A stretch of 64,000 nucleotides of DNA from Piromyces finnis finn (Eukaryota; Fungi; Neocallimastigomycota), in the NCBI GenBank assembly GCA_002104945.1, contig MCFH01000010.1, forward strand, positions 930,001-994,000, in the 5' to 3' direction. Below are positions 41,727-56,099 of this stretch, in pieces. The notes below the pieces were generated by a model, which was not told the origin of the DNA, did not search any database, and saw only the letters and a program-made list of their open reading frames with translations. Each line of letters opens with the position of its first letter. The stretch's first letter is position 1. The position numbers and the translations under genes were made by a program.

Positions 41727-42148
41727 GTAAAGTGTACTTAAATAATAAACTTACTTAAATGACAAGTATTATTTAAAGTTTGACTAGCTTGAAGTGCAGC
41801 AAGAGACATAAGCTCTAATGGAAATTTTTTACTATTCTTTGAAGAGCCTTGGTTAACTAAATTTTGTGGAGCCTTTGACTTTTTATTAAAAAGCTTTAAA
41901 TAAGTTTCACTTGATCTTACTAATACCTCTGTATCAATATGGATAGATTCTGATTGTTTTTGTAGATGCATGAAAGTATTTGAATCTTTTTTATATAATT
42001 ATAAAATTAATTTAAACCCATTATTTATGTAAAGCACAAAATTATAAATTAAACTATGTAATTATATTAAAATTGTAATTCAATATATACTTTTATCCTT
42101 GATTGAAGTACTCGAAAACTTATCCGTAATTTTTCCTAATATACCCAT
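40080..42148 (-). CDS. BAR + C-terminal SH3 protein (endophilin-like), ~542 aa
   Basis: Exons 42148-42091, 41985-41755, 41657-41596, 41495-41430 and 41291-40080 are phase-consistent. The SH3 is clear (YCKAIYPFEKSMDDELELQTNDLVDITKMFDDGWATGVNLRSGKDGFFPLNCL). The helical N-terminus has BAR-like segments (KKFPLELMSLAALQASQTL; EAERTQQFVNLIDSELSFYQNAVDELLQL). Confidence 0.8.
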
Positions 42149-43379
42149 TTTGACTTTTAGTTAACTAATTTTTAACCACAATAAAAAATTAATATACTCA
42201 TTAGTTTAAAATAATGAAAATTCACACTTTATTAATCATAATAAATCAATATTTTTATATTTTAATAATGCTATTATTATTATTATTTATATTTAAAGAA
42301 TATAAACAATACAATTCAAATTTTTATTTTATGATATTTTATTGTTTTATTATTATATTCCAATATACTATTCATAAAATAAATTCAATTTTTTAAAAGT
42401 TGTAGATATATTTCTATACTTCTGTATTTATATATTTATCTAAAAATAATACTATATATGTTCATTATTTCAAATATACACTTTGACATTTTTTTTTTTA
42501 CCTCCTATAAATTAGCTTATTACGACATATATAATTATTATTATTTAATACAATATTTTATATTATACAACAATATTAATAACCTTTTCCTTTATAATAT
42601 GTAATTTGTATAATTTATAAAATAATAAATATTTACTTTATTTAAAATTTTATGTACCTTTCTTTTCGTTTTTTGTTTTTTTATGTTTGGTTTTAAATTT
42701 TTAACAATTAATCAATAATTAATATAATTTCAAGTTCATTATTAAAAACCTTAAAATAATTATATATTACAATTATAATAAAATCATATCATATTTCATA
42801 TAATTAGATTTCAATAATTTAATATAATATAAAAAATCACTATATATTAGATTATATATGTAGATATGTAATATGTATTATAATTGTTATGATAGAACAA
42901 TAGTATTATAATATATTATAATATACTGATATATATATATAAATATATTAAGTAAATTTGGAGTTTTTTTATAAAAATGTAACATCATACAAATATATTA
43001 AAATTAATTTATGCCTAATATATTTAATAGAAAAATTATAAAATATAATTTATTTTAAAAATATAATAATATTAATATCTATAAAATAAATATCACGTGT
43101 TTTAACATTATAATCACAATACACATATTTTTTTTAGAATTATATTTAAAATAAATTCTTCTGAAGTTTTTACTCTAAATATTTAGAGAAATAGCTATAA
43201 AATAATAATATAATAGAAAAGTATTTAATAGTTTTTTTATTTTGTCAAATCACATTATTACAAATAGTAAAATATATCTTTAACTTCTATAAATTTTTAG
43301 CTTATATTTAATTGAAAAAGTAAAAATTATATTCATCTTAATTGGTTTAATTTTCTTTCCTTTTAATGAACATTATTTT

Positions 43380-43466
43380 TATTTAGTTAGTTACTTATTT
43401 AATTATTTATTTATTCATTCATTTATTTAGTTAGTTAGTTACTTATTTATTTATTTATTTATTCAT

Positions 43467-43501
<35 letters not shown>

Positions 43502-43522
43502 TTGATTGATTGATTGATTGAT

Positions 43523-43605
<83 letters not shown>

Positions 43606-43618
43606 TTGATTGATTGAT

Positions 43619-43665
<47 letters not shown>

Positions 43666-43706
43666 TTGATTTATTGATTTATTTATTTATTTATTTATTT
43701 ATTGAT

Positions 43707-43737
<31 letters not shown>

Positions 43738-43790
43738 TTGATTTATTGATTTATTTATTGATTTATCGATTTATCATTTAAGCTAAATAA
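43380..43790. repeat. compound tetranucleotide microsatellite (TTTA with TTGA/TTAG/TTCA variants)
   Basis: About 400 bp tract read directly. Confidence 0.95.
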
Positions 43791-45918
43791 ATAAATTTAT
43801 CTTGATTCAATACATTTCAATAAATATAACAATAATTATAGTACACATAAAAATATCATTAATTATTAAAAATATAATTTTTTCAAAAAAGTGTTTATGA
43901 ACATTACTGACTATCCACATAATAATAAAGTTATTTAATTATCAAAAGAAATTATATATTAAAATTGGGAGACTTAAATGTGATGTTATAATAATATAAT
44001 AATAAAAATTTTTTAAAAAGCATTTTATTTATTGTAATAGAATAATTTTTTATAATTAATTAGAAATAAAAATATATATAAATTTTTTTATTTCTTAATT
44101 ACAATAACAAAATAAATTTTATTTTTATTTTTTATTTGTAGTAACCATTAAATCACTAAACATGCTTAATAATAAAAAAATTTCTTTTAATTATTAAAAT
44201 AATATATTATAGTAATTGAATTATTACTATAATTAAAAATATTTTATATTTATTTAACAGATAATTAACTGTTGCACAAAAAAAAACTTAAAATTCTATA
44301 TATATAAACTATTTAAAGTTAAAATTTTAATATTTTCATTCCTAGCATATAATTAAGTTTTTTTTTTTTTTTTTTTATTCTTAAATTTTAAAGAATTATA
44401 AACTTTTTAATATTGATTATAATAAGAATATAAAATATAGTGAAGATAACATCCTTATATAAAGCAATACTTTATAAAATAAAATAATTAAAATACAGTA
44501 AAATGGGTATTAAGTTAAATGTTTTTATGAAATACACTCTTGTGACAACATGTATTGTTCAGTTGGTACATAATATATACTATACATATATACATATAAT
44601 TATGAATGTTTATATTAAATAATTATATCATACTATCAATATAGCAATGATATAAACATTAACAATTTTAATAATTTTAATAGATTTTGATATTTGTAAA
44701 TTCATTTTTTACACATGAATTATCATCATATTTAAATTTAATAGAGTTATTATTCCCTCTGTTTGAATTATTAGCTTTACCAAAATTTAAACCAAAATGT
44801 GTTGATGATGTCAATTTAAATACTTCAATATTAAAATTTCTTAATGCTAAAAGCATTATGTTAATGGTAGTGTTATTATCTCATCAAATAAGATATTAAT
44901 TAATATATTGATTGATTACACTTAATAATTTTAATAATAATTATATAATAAATAATAAAAAGTATATATTCTATTGTGGCATCGGTTTTCTTCTTTATAT
45001 ATTTTATTCCTTAATATTATTTGAAGTAATAAATATTGATAGTGAAACTTCATCAAAATTTTTTGGTTCAGATATTAATAATTCAAAGAAAATAAGCTCA
45101 TTAACATATATTATCTATTTTGTCAGAACAATATTTTATGTATGTTAATATTATTTATATATTATTATATTTCTATTTTACTAAATTATCATATAATTAT
45201 TATAGTTAATCGGTTTAATTTCTTCGATCATAGTTAGACACGTATACAAAAAGAGTCTTGAAATCTACCAAGGATTCTCATAAATAATAATTTTGAAAAA
45301 AAAAAAAATCAATTATCAATTGTTTATTTTAATAAATATAACATTAGGGAAATAGAATATATATATGGATTAGGTTTTAATTTTTTACAGCTATTTTTTT
45401 TCTATACAATAAAAAAAAATAAAAATGATTTTTTAAAATCTATATTATAGTAAACATAAAAAAAAAAAAATAATAAATAAATAAAAAATAAAATAATTAT
45501 GAACAATCATTATTTTATAATTATATTAAATATATAAAAACATGCTTTATTATTTGGTAAATTAAATGTAATAGAAATAGAAATACTTTAATTCTTTTCC
45601 AGAAATTTTAAATTAAAATTTAACTCATTAATTTATATTAATAGACTGATAAAAAGTTTAATTGTAACATTTATTATCTTTCAGGATTTTTTTTTTAAGA
45701 AATATATTTATATATATTATTAAATTTTCTATATTAAACCATAATTATTAATATTATATATTTATAAAATTCCGTTAATCTAAAAGATTGATTTCTATAT
45801 ATATATATAGAATAAAAGTAAAAAAAAAAAAAAAAAAGAAATAAGAAAAAATTGGTATAATTAAAAAATTGGTTTTTAAAAAGAAGATATAATTCATGAA
45901 GTAAATTTTAAATTAAAA

Positions 45919-48900
45919 ATGAAAGATAAATTAATAAATAAAAATCTAAATATTCAACAAAAAAAAAAAATTAACAATAATACAAAATATAATGATATAA
46001 AAATAAACAAATTTTCAAAGAATTCAAATAACACTAATTCGTATACTAAACAAAATAAAAATGTTGAAGATGATACTGAGAAAAATAACAATATTAAAAC
46101 AGAAAGAAATTCAAATGACCAATTAAATCATGCACATCCTGATTTAAAAGAATCGACCGCGTCAAATAAAAGCTTTTGTAAATATATTTTTAAAAATCAA
46201 GACATAGCTAAAACTTTAAAAAAGTCTTATACCTTAAATGATGGAATAGATCAAGAAAAAAAAATAGAAAAAAAAGATGAAAAAGAAAAAAGTTTCCAGA
46301 ATATAAATGCTACAAATACTAATTCAAATATATTAGATAATAATTCTATTAATGAAAATTCTAAAAATTCTTCACCGAAACATGTATCAAAATCATTGGC
46401 AACACTTAAAAAAAATAAAAAAAGTATATCAGAAGTTAATATGGGGAAAAGCAAAATTCAATCTTTAAATAAAAAAGAAACAATTGAAAATATAAACCTA
46501 AAAAGAAAAAGTAATAATAATGATATCATAAATAAATCAAAGTTAGATGAAATTTCATCCACAAAATCTAATAATAATACAATTAAATTTGATAATAAAC
46601 TTGTTAAAATCAATAGTAAAATGTTAAAAAATAAAATAAAATTAAATCCAATAACAAAATCTCAATTTCAATCATTATCAAAAATATCATCAAAAGCTTC
46701 TTTAATTGAAATTAAAAATTCAAGAGAAGAATATATTCATTCAGCATCATCTTTTTATTCAACAACTACTACTTCATCTTCATCTTCATCTTTAAGTTCT
46801 TATAGTAAATCGTTAAATAAAACTCAATTAGAAATTCATCAACGTTTTAAAAAAATGAAACAAGAAAAACTTAATAACATACAGAATAATAACAATATCA
46901 ATAATGGAAATGTTTTAAATGATACTGAAATAAATTATGAAATTAATAAATCTAAATTAAAGGATGCTAAAAATAAAAAATCAAATATTGTGAATTTATC
47001 AATCAGTACTCTTACAGGGCAGCAATTCTTTATAAAGGTTTTGAGTAGCTATACAATCAGTGATGTAAAAGATTTAATTCAAGAAAAGGAAGGGCTTGCT
47101 GCCCAAACTCAAATATTAATTTATCAAGACAAAACATTAGATTGTGATTCAATGACTATTGAAGATTATGGAATAGAAAATGGTTCATCGATTAAACTAA
47201 TGATAAAATTATATGATGGTAATTTAATATAAATAAAAGAAATAACTAATAAATATCATGTTATTTTTTTAATATATTACAAAGAAACAAAAAAAGTTTT
47301 TTTAACTAATTTTCAAAATTTATCTATCTTTTATTTTTTATAATAAATCGTTTATATAATAATACATAGGTTTATGTAATATTGAACAAGAAGATACAAA
47401 AAAAGACAATACTATTGTTTTATTATTATGTAAGAAAAAGGGTTATTTATACTTATTTGAGACGTCTTTAAAATCAACTAGTCAACTATCAAATGAATCT
47501 TTTGATTCAAGTTTATTTGATTTTTACAATTCTTTTGATGATAAATCTATCACGTCTTCTGAAATGTCATCAAAACCTACATCTCCAATTTCTACTACAT
47601 ATAGTAATTCTAGTTTATTTAATAAAGAAAGCTTAAATTTTCTTAATTCTCAAACATCTAAGTCAAGTGTCTATTCATCAAATTGTGATGATAATATTTC
47701 AGTTAATAATTCTTCAAAAAATATTATGGAAAAAAAAAATGACAAAAAGAAAGTACTCTTCAATAATAAAAGTAGATCGTTATCTATTAATTATGATTTG
47801 CTAAAAATAATAGAGAATGCTACTCTATGTGCTAATAAAAGTGGGTATAACGTAACTGTAGCTATTCAAGATTTAGATACCCCTGTATATTCATATCAAT
47901 CTTCTTTAAACTCCTTCAGTGATGATGATACATTTACTGATATTTATAATAATAAAACATATAAAAGTGAAAGTATTTCCTCGAATTCTATTACAAGTAG
48001 TAATTCAAGTAATCAAATAAGTAGTCAAATTAATAGTAATGCTCATTCTAAACAATCAACAAGTTTATCATTAGAATCATCAATAGAATATTTATATAAT
48101 AGTAATAGCGATTCAAATATTTATGTCCCAATATATGAATATAATTTATTATCTTATCATAGCCATCAGACTCCATCATTAAGAAAAACTAAATCAGAAA
48201 TATTTAATATAGGTCAAAAAATGCAAAATAAAAATAATATTTTAACTCTACGTAAACAGAAATCAGATTCTCAGTTATATAAAAGTTTTATGGAATATTT
48301 AAATAAAACATATCAACCTCACTTTCATGATCAAATTAATTCATCTAATAAAAGCACTAATTCAATTCTATTTCCATGTTATTTTTTAATACAAGACTTA
48401 AATAGAAATAATTCATCGAAAAGTGGGAATATCACCATAGAAAATAAAGATGCCACTTCATTTAATAAAATAAAAAGCAATCATAAATTAATTAATTTTA
48501 AAAATAATTCACCTTCATTAATAACTCCTTCTAATACAGAAATTAGATCAAATACACAAAATAGTATAAATATCAATAATATTAAACAAAATAATATACA
48601 TATGATAAATACTAGTAATAGCAATTTAACTAAAAATGATAACAATAAAACCAATAATAATACTAAATTACTATCGAAATCTTATTCACAGGTTATTCAT
48701 CCAGTATCCCAAATAGAGTCATCATTAAAACAATCTTCCTTTCCTTTTATTGGAAACAAAATGGCAGGAAGAGGAGTAGTTGATGGACATCCACAAAATA
48801 GTAAATTAGAAGAAACTCTCTATACTGAACGACCATCAACTTCAGTACCAATTGTTACTTATTATAAAGATATATATAATCCTAATTTAATTAAATCTTC

Positions 48901-49915
48901 ATTTAATATATATGAAGATACAATTTCGAATAATAATAATAAAATTTCTTTACAACAAGAAAAAATAGATAAACTAGAAGAAAATATAGAAATAATATCC
49001 ATAAATAAAAATTTCAACAACGCGGTAACTATCGAAGGAAATAGTGATATTAAACACATATCAAATAATGGTAATAAACAATCAAAGAAAAATAGAAACA
49101 CTATTTCATTACCTGAAATTTCAATTAATAATAGTAATAATAAAACAGAAAAGAAAAATCCATTTCCAAAAGGAAATATACACAGTTTTCCAGATATATA
49201 TAAACATATACCCAATGACAAAATTTATAAACCACAAATTACTATTAAATATAAAGATTCTGATGCAGAAGATGATATTGATAGATATGTTAATGAAGAA
49301 AATCAAAGCTATTATTGTCCTCGTAAAGAAAATTATAAATATTCCTCTAATAAAATAAAAAAATTAGAACCGAAAATATACCATAAAAGACTTTCTTCAA
49401 ATCAAACAAATTATGATAATAAGGAAGTGTTTCATGATACCAATGCTATAATGAAAAAGATTGAATCAGAATATTCAATAAATGATTATAGTGAAGATGA
49501 AGATAATATTATTCTTGATTATTTTGATCAGGGAATGAATTATAAAGAATTGAAACCAGAGCCAATAAATAGCTTAAACAATGAAAATTATCACTATATA
49601 CCGGAACATGAACTTCAAAATTTATTTCAAAAAGAATATATAAATAATCATAATAATAACTATGATGATGAATATATATATTTTTATGATGAAAAGGATA
49701 TTCCTTTTAATAAAATAAAATCATTTATATCAACTAAAAATATTAAAACCGATATAAAAGAAAAAAGTCTAGATCTGAGTTTTAGAAAAAAAAATTCAGA
49801 TTGTCAAAATGAAAATAATAAACTATTAGCATCACCTTTGAGTCAAAATAATAAAACAAATGAAGAAATTAATGATTCCTCTATAAATAAATCAATCAAC
49901 GAAGCTTTATCAATA

Positions 49916-49946
<31 letters not shown>

Positions 49947-50149
49947 TGAAAAAGAAAAATGTTTGTGAATTCTGTCATAAAAAAATACGAATTACTGCAA
50001 CTTATAAATGTAAATGTAATAAAATATTTTGTGCTACCCATCGGTATAGCGAATGTCATAATTGTACATATAATTACAAACAAAATGGCAAAAAAGACTT
50101 GGAAAAAAATAATCCTCTAGTTGTTAAAGATAAAATATCAAAAATTTAA
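45919..50149 (+). CDS. ZFAND4/ANUBL1-like protein: ubiquitin-like domain + C-terminal AN1 zinc finger, ~1360 aa
   Basis: Two exons, 45919-47218 and 47370-50149, joined in phase 1. UBL: LSISTLTGQQFFIKVLSSYTISDVKDLIQEKEGLAAQTQILIYQDKTLDCDSMTIEDYGIENGSSIKL. AN1 finger: CEFCHKKIRITATYKCKCNKIFCATHRYSECHNCTYNYKQNGKKDLEKNNPLVVKDKISKI*. Confidence 0.88.
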
Positions 50150-50473
50150 AAGAATTGTATTAAATATAAACAAAGAATATTTATCAAAAATTATATTTAT
50201 ATTTATTTTATATTTAATATGTAACATTTATATATGATATATTTTATTAAATTCTTAATTATTTTCTTTGTTTAAAAAAAAAAAAATAAAAAACAATTAA
50301 ATGAATTACATATAAAATATTCTGATATTCACTTTTTTTTTTTAAAGATTTATATTTAATTATATCCAATCATGTTTTAATATTTTCATTAAAACTTTAA
50401 AATATATTTTACTTTTTTTTAAAAAAAAATATACCAATACTAAATTTTTTGATAATAATAAAAATTAATAAAA

Positions 50474-51406
50474 ATGAAAGACAATTCCAAAACAAATGCA
50501 AATACAAATAATAAAGTGAGAAAAATTGAAAACAGATCAATTAAAAAGGATACCAAAAAAATAGAAACAAAGATTGTCAAAGATATAACAAAATCTGTAA
50601 AATCAACTATTAAAAAGACTGATGATATAGATTTAATTTTCTCAAAAAAAAAGTCAACAGTAGCAACAAATGCAGCAGATATGAACGATATTGATTTAAT
50701 CTTCTCAAAAAAGAAAACCGCAACAAATTCTAGTACTTCAACTTCAACAGGAAAAACTGGTAATGGACAAAATACTAAAACTTTGGTAACAAAAAAAAAA
50801 AATTCAGAGAATAATTCGGAAAAATTATTATCCCTTCTTGGAACAAAAAAAAATAAAAAAAAAGTAAATGTTGGTAGTACAACAGCTAAAGAAAAAACTA
50901 GTGTTAATGATAATTCAAAGATTGTTATTGCAAGCTCTGGAATTAAAAAGCCAAAAAATACATTTAAACCAAAAGACGATGACGGCTTTGGTGATAGTAG
51001 AGGTTTAAATTCAGGTAAATACATATTAAGATTTTAAAATATAAACTACAAATAATTACTATGTTTAGATTTATTCAATTTATATAATATTATATGTTAT
51101 ATTTTAATATATGTAATATATAAATATAAATTATTAAAAAAATTATAATTTTAAATTTTTAACTTGAATAAATAGGTAGAAGAACTGAAGATGGTTTAAG
51201 AATTTTCACTTTGGAAGAATTAAAAATTGGTGAAGGTGAAGGGGGTAAGTCTTTATTTGAAGATAATAAGAGATAAAATGAAAATTAAAAAAATAAATAA
51301 ATAAAACAATTATATACTAATTCTTTTTAAATCTCTTATTTTATAAATTAAAATGATGTTTAAAGATACACCATTATGTCCTTTCGATTGCAACTGTTGT
51401 TTCTAA
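50474..51406 (+). CDS. DUF1764-family protein
   Basis: Exons 50474-51014, 51176-51244 and 51366-51406. C-terminus DDDGFGDSRGLNSGRRTEDGLRIFTLEELKIGEGEGDTPLCPFDCNCCF* is the DUF1764 signature. Confidence 0.9.
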
Positions 51407-51563
51407 TTAAATACATATAGCAAATACAATAAACACATTAAAATATAATAATGTTAGCATACCCAATAATTTATTTATTAATATTGACCTATTCATTTAA
51501 TAGAATAATTATATATATATTAATACTGTTTAATACACATTAATACCCAAAACTAGACCCCCC

Positions 51564-51600
<37 letters not shown>

Positions 51601-51876
51601 TATTATTTTAATATTAATTTAATATCATTACACAATAATGCATTTTTGTAGAAATTTAATAATAAAAAAAAAAAATAGGAATAAATATATAATTTATATT
51701 TGAATTATAATATTTTATTATTGTTGTTGTTTATATATATTTGTATTTTTACTATATATTTATCATTTCTTATTTCAATTGTATATACTGTTATTAATTT
51801 TTTTTTTTTTAAAAAAAAAAAAAAAAAGAAGTGAAAGAGAACCATTTATATATAACTTTTGGTATTATTAAGTTAT

Positions 51877-53958
51877 TTAATTAAATGGAACATTGGAAGA
51901 AAGGGCTGCGATAATTGGTAATTTTTTTGGATTAGCACATGTTAATTTTACATCATAAGAGTTTTCGTGGTATAATGAAATGCCAATATCATTTAATAGA
52001 GATTGAATTGTTAAAAGAAGTTCGTTTCTTCTCATGTTGTATTTAAAAGTATCTTGAAAGTTAATATTATGTTCAATCATAATACCAAGATTAATGCTAT
52101 ATTAATATTAAAAAATAAAATAATATAAATTAATATATATATTATTAATTTGTTAATATATAACTATATGAATTGATCTTTTAAAATATATATTTAATTA
52201 ATAGTAGAAAATATTCTAAATTTACTGTCCAACATCTTTTAAAGATTTTAATGCAACTTCAGCTCTTAATTGGAAGTCATTGTTGTGTTTCTTTAAGAAT
52301 TCTAAAATTCTACGTTTTAACTCATCTATTTGTTCTTTAGTAGTATTTAAAGAAATTTCTAAATCGATATCTTCAATAATAGTTCCTGATCTTCTTACAT
52401 TTTTAATAAATTGACTAGCAATTTTTTTATTTGGACAATAAGCCCTTTTACCATCTGTACGTCTAAATATTGTACTAATAAGACCAAATTCTGTGACATA
52501 CATAACATTATCACCAACTTGAATCTTGTCCCCTACATCAAATGGATGTGATATCTTAATATCATAATTATAATAAATTAATATATTATATTACTTTTAT
52601 ATTATTCATGTTAAAATTATACTTTTCTTTTGTTTCTTATATTATGCTTACAAATAAGAAGATTATATTTTCAACGATAGTTGTAATAATACCACTAAAA
52701 GCAAACATAGTACTAGCCCAAATTGTACCTAAAGAAATCATTACAGTCTGTTTTATTCATTATATTAATATATTGGTAAATATTTATTATTATATTTATA
52801 TTTATTGCTTTGATATACATACAGAATAGCCAGTTGTGAGTATAGCCATTCCAATTAAGCAAATAATAATAAAGGCAATAAACTTTAATATTCCATCAAA
52901 TTTTCCTAAATTTTATTTAAAATAAAAATAAATTTAATAAATATATATTAAAATATATATTATATATTATATATAAATAAATTTATTGTTATATATCAAC
53001 TCAAGAAAAAAAAAAAAAAATAGAGCATACTTAAAGCCAAACCAGAATCTCTCATAGATTTTTCTATTGCTTCCTTTTCTTTATAAATTGAAATAATAAT
53101 ATTTTTAATTTCAAATTTACTAATATCACCATTTCTATCAACATCGAAAATATTAAATGCCCGTTGAGCTTGACTTTCATCATCAAAGAAAGGTATGAAA
53201 TCATTCAAAACTAAAAATTGAGTATCATCTGAAGTTCTTAAAAATTCAAAAATTAATCTTGCTAATTTTTTAGCATCAGATGGATTTCTTACAATTAATG
53301 TTGCATCATTATTTCTATTAACAATATTTCTTAAACGATTTACGAATTTTTTTCTTTTTGGTGATCTTGTTTCATTACTTCCTTCATTATTATATGCCTT
53401 ATAAAATTTATCTAAAATGCTGATAGAATACTTCAACTTATTAATACGATCTTCAAAGGCTTTTTTATGGAATTTCATCTTTGGTTTTTTATAAAGATGA
53501 AATAATAATATATATCATAAATTATTATAATTATAATTGTGGTAAATATTAATTATTAACTAACTATGATAAAAAATCACAAATATATATTTTATTATTG
53601 AATTTGAAAATTTAATTCAAATAAAACTATAAGACATACAGCAAATGTTTGGAAAAAAACTTTCTCAATTAACCAAATAAAACTAGCGATAAATCCCCAT
53701 AGTAATATTTTTCCAAATGTTTTTGCAAATTTATGCTTTGACTTTTCTACAAAAATATCTTGATAAGCAATAGTTGATACAAACATAAGTACAGTAAATG
53801 TTATATAATTGTGTAAATATTTGATATAATCAATAGTATAATGTCTATATTTCTATATTTTTTAGATATTAAAATTATAATTTTACAAAATAACAATAAA
53901 TAAATAATATAAATAATAATAATAATAAAAATAGAAATTATAAATTTAAATTCAATAT

Positions 53959-53994
<36 letters not shown>

Positions 53995-54771
53995 AATACA
54001 TTATAAAAATGATATAAGTAATGTTTATTCTATACCTCAGAAATTCCACCCAAAAGTATATCAGAAAGCTTTAATAATATATTAGGAAAAACAATAAAGA
54101 AATATCTTAAAATGAAAAACGAACCAAATACAATTTCTAAATAAATCGTCCAAACAAAAAGAGGATATCCTTTACTATCAAATAAACTTGATTTCCAATA
54201 TCTCCAATTAGCAAGTTTATTATCTTCAATAAAAAAGAAATAATCTAATAAGAAAAATATTAAAAGAAAACATGTCACATAAATTATTGATACTATCATT
54301 GCCCAAAATGGTGGAAGGTCTCGATAAGCTTGAATCATTCGTGTAAAACTTTTATTTCAAAAAGTATTTATATTATTATTTAATTTTAATAAATATATAT
54401 ATAATATGAAATAAATTATAGGATATATATTTATTTACAAGCATAATATAAAATTATAAAATTATATATAAATATATAAAATTTTAATTCATGTATTATA
54501 CATTTTTTGTAAATGAATAATATCTATTTTTCATTATAAAAGTAATTTTCATTAAGCAATAAATATTTATATATTTTTACTAATTAGAAGTATTTTATTT
54601 TAATACGTACGCGGTACCTCTGGTTCTTTTTTCATTTTTGGCTTCTAAAATATCATCATTATCCCAGTCGAAATTCTCTTCGTCATTTTTCTTTTCAGCT
54701 AATTTAAATAGATTTTGATCGATGATATCCCCAAAATCATCACCACCATCAGCATCTCCATCAACACTCAT
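51877..54771 (-). CDS. MscS-family mechanosensitive channel with EF-hand (fungal Msy1/Msy2 type)
   Basis: Multi-exon gene starting at ATG 54771 (MSVDGDADGG..ENFDWDNDDIL). Motifs: LIEKVFFQTFAMKFHKKAFEDRI, AKKLARLIF, EF-hand AFNIFDVDRNGDISKFEIK, RKFDGIL, ISHPFDVGDKIQV, TIFRRTDGKRAYCPN, IKNVRRS. Confidence 0.93.
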
Positions 54772-56099
54772 ACTTGTTTATTTTTATTTTATAATAGGAA
54801 TAATTAAACTAATATGAGTTTATATCTTTTTCTTAACAAAAATTTCTAAAAACGAATTTTTGATTTTTATAATAAAATATTTTTCAAATTATTTTAGTTT
54901 ATGTTCAAGTAATTGATATATATTATATATGATATATTATGTATTAATTATTATTTTTAAAAAATTTTAGCTTTTTATTTTCTTAATAGTTAAAATAAAT
55001 ATATCAACTTCAACAAAATATACAACATTTATAAAACAAAATAATTATTTTCTTTTTTTCTTTTTAACATTTAATTAAATTAATTATGGATATGTGGTAA
55101 TAATAAATTAATAAAAATATTATATATATTAAAAATAAATAAAAATATCAAAAATTTATAAAAGAAAATTTCCTTACATAAAATTTAATTTATAATTAAA
55201 TAAATTTTTAAGATTTATAAGCAATTAAATTACAAATATATAGTAAGTGAAATATATATATTATAGTTAAAAATAACCAGATTATAAGCTTTTTAATTTT
55301 TTTTTTTTTTTTTTTTTAATTTTTTGAAAAGAATTAAATAATATCAAATTTAATATGAACTTTGTTATATCAAGGAATTTAAAAATTATACAAGTTTTTT
55401 ATATTATTATAAATTAATGTTAATATTTTATATTAGATTAATTATTAATTATTATAACTTTCACCAAACTTTATACTATAATATTCAGAAATAATTACAT
55501 TAAATAAATTTTGATTTAGAAAAAATTAAAAGCTTCTTATTTCTATCCTTAATACCATAATATTATGAATATATTTCTATAATTTTTTTTGACAATGATA
55601 AAGATCATAGCAATATTTTATTAATACTTAATTTATTTGTATTGTTCTATTATTTTTAATTAAAAAAAATTATAAAAATAAAATTAATATAAATAAATAA
55701 ACAAAAAAAAAGTATTAAAAGTTGATATTTATTAATATTTATTTAAAATTTTATTATTATTTTTTTTTTTATTTCATAATAAAATTATATATTACTTTAT
55801 TTTAGAATGATATTAAAGATTGTCCTTTATTGAATAAATGGTAATATTTTTATATTGATGATAAGTACTGTATTTAAATAATAATTCAATACAAGTTAAA
55901 AGGTTGTTTTTTTCTGTTTTTATTTATTGTTTTTTATTATTATTTTAAAGAATTTCTAGATCTTTGTTAAAAATCTGATTTGTAATCTTATAATTTATAT
56001 TTGGTTTTTATTAATTTTTTATTACTGTTATATATTATTTTGTAGTTAAAAGATATTTCGTCGATTTTTTTTTTTTTTTTTTTTTTTTTTTTGATTTTT

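Noticed and set aside
44660-45150. Slightly GC-richer patches with short ORFs on both strands (possible gene relic)
   Set aside because: ORFs are 59-78 aa or less with no recognisable motif and no consistent splice model; cannot be supported without a TBLASTX search.
51558-51597. C7 followed by ~A33 downstream of the DUF1764 gene (possible retroposed poly-A tail)
   Set aside because: No target-site duplication or upstream element body; long homopolymers are common throughout this window.
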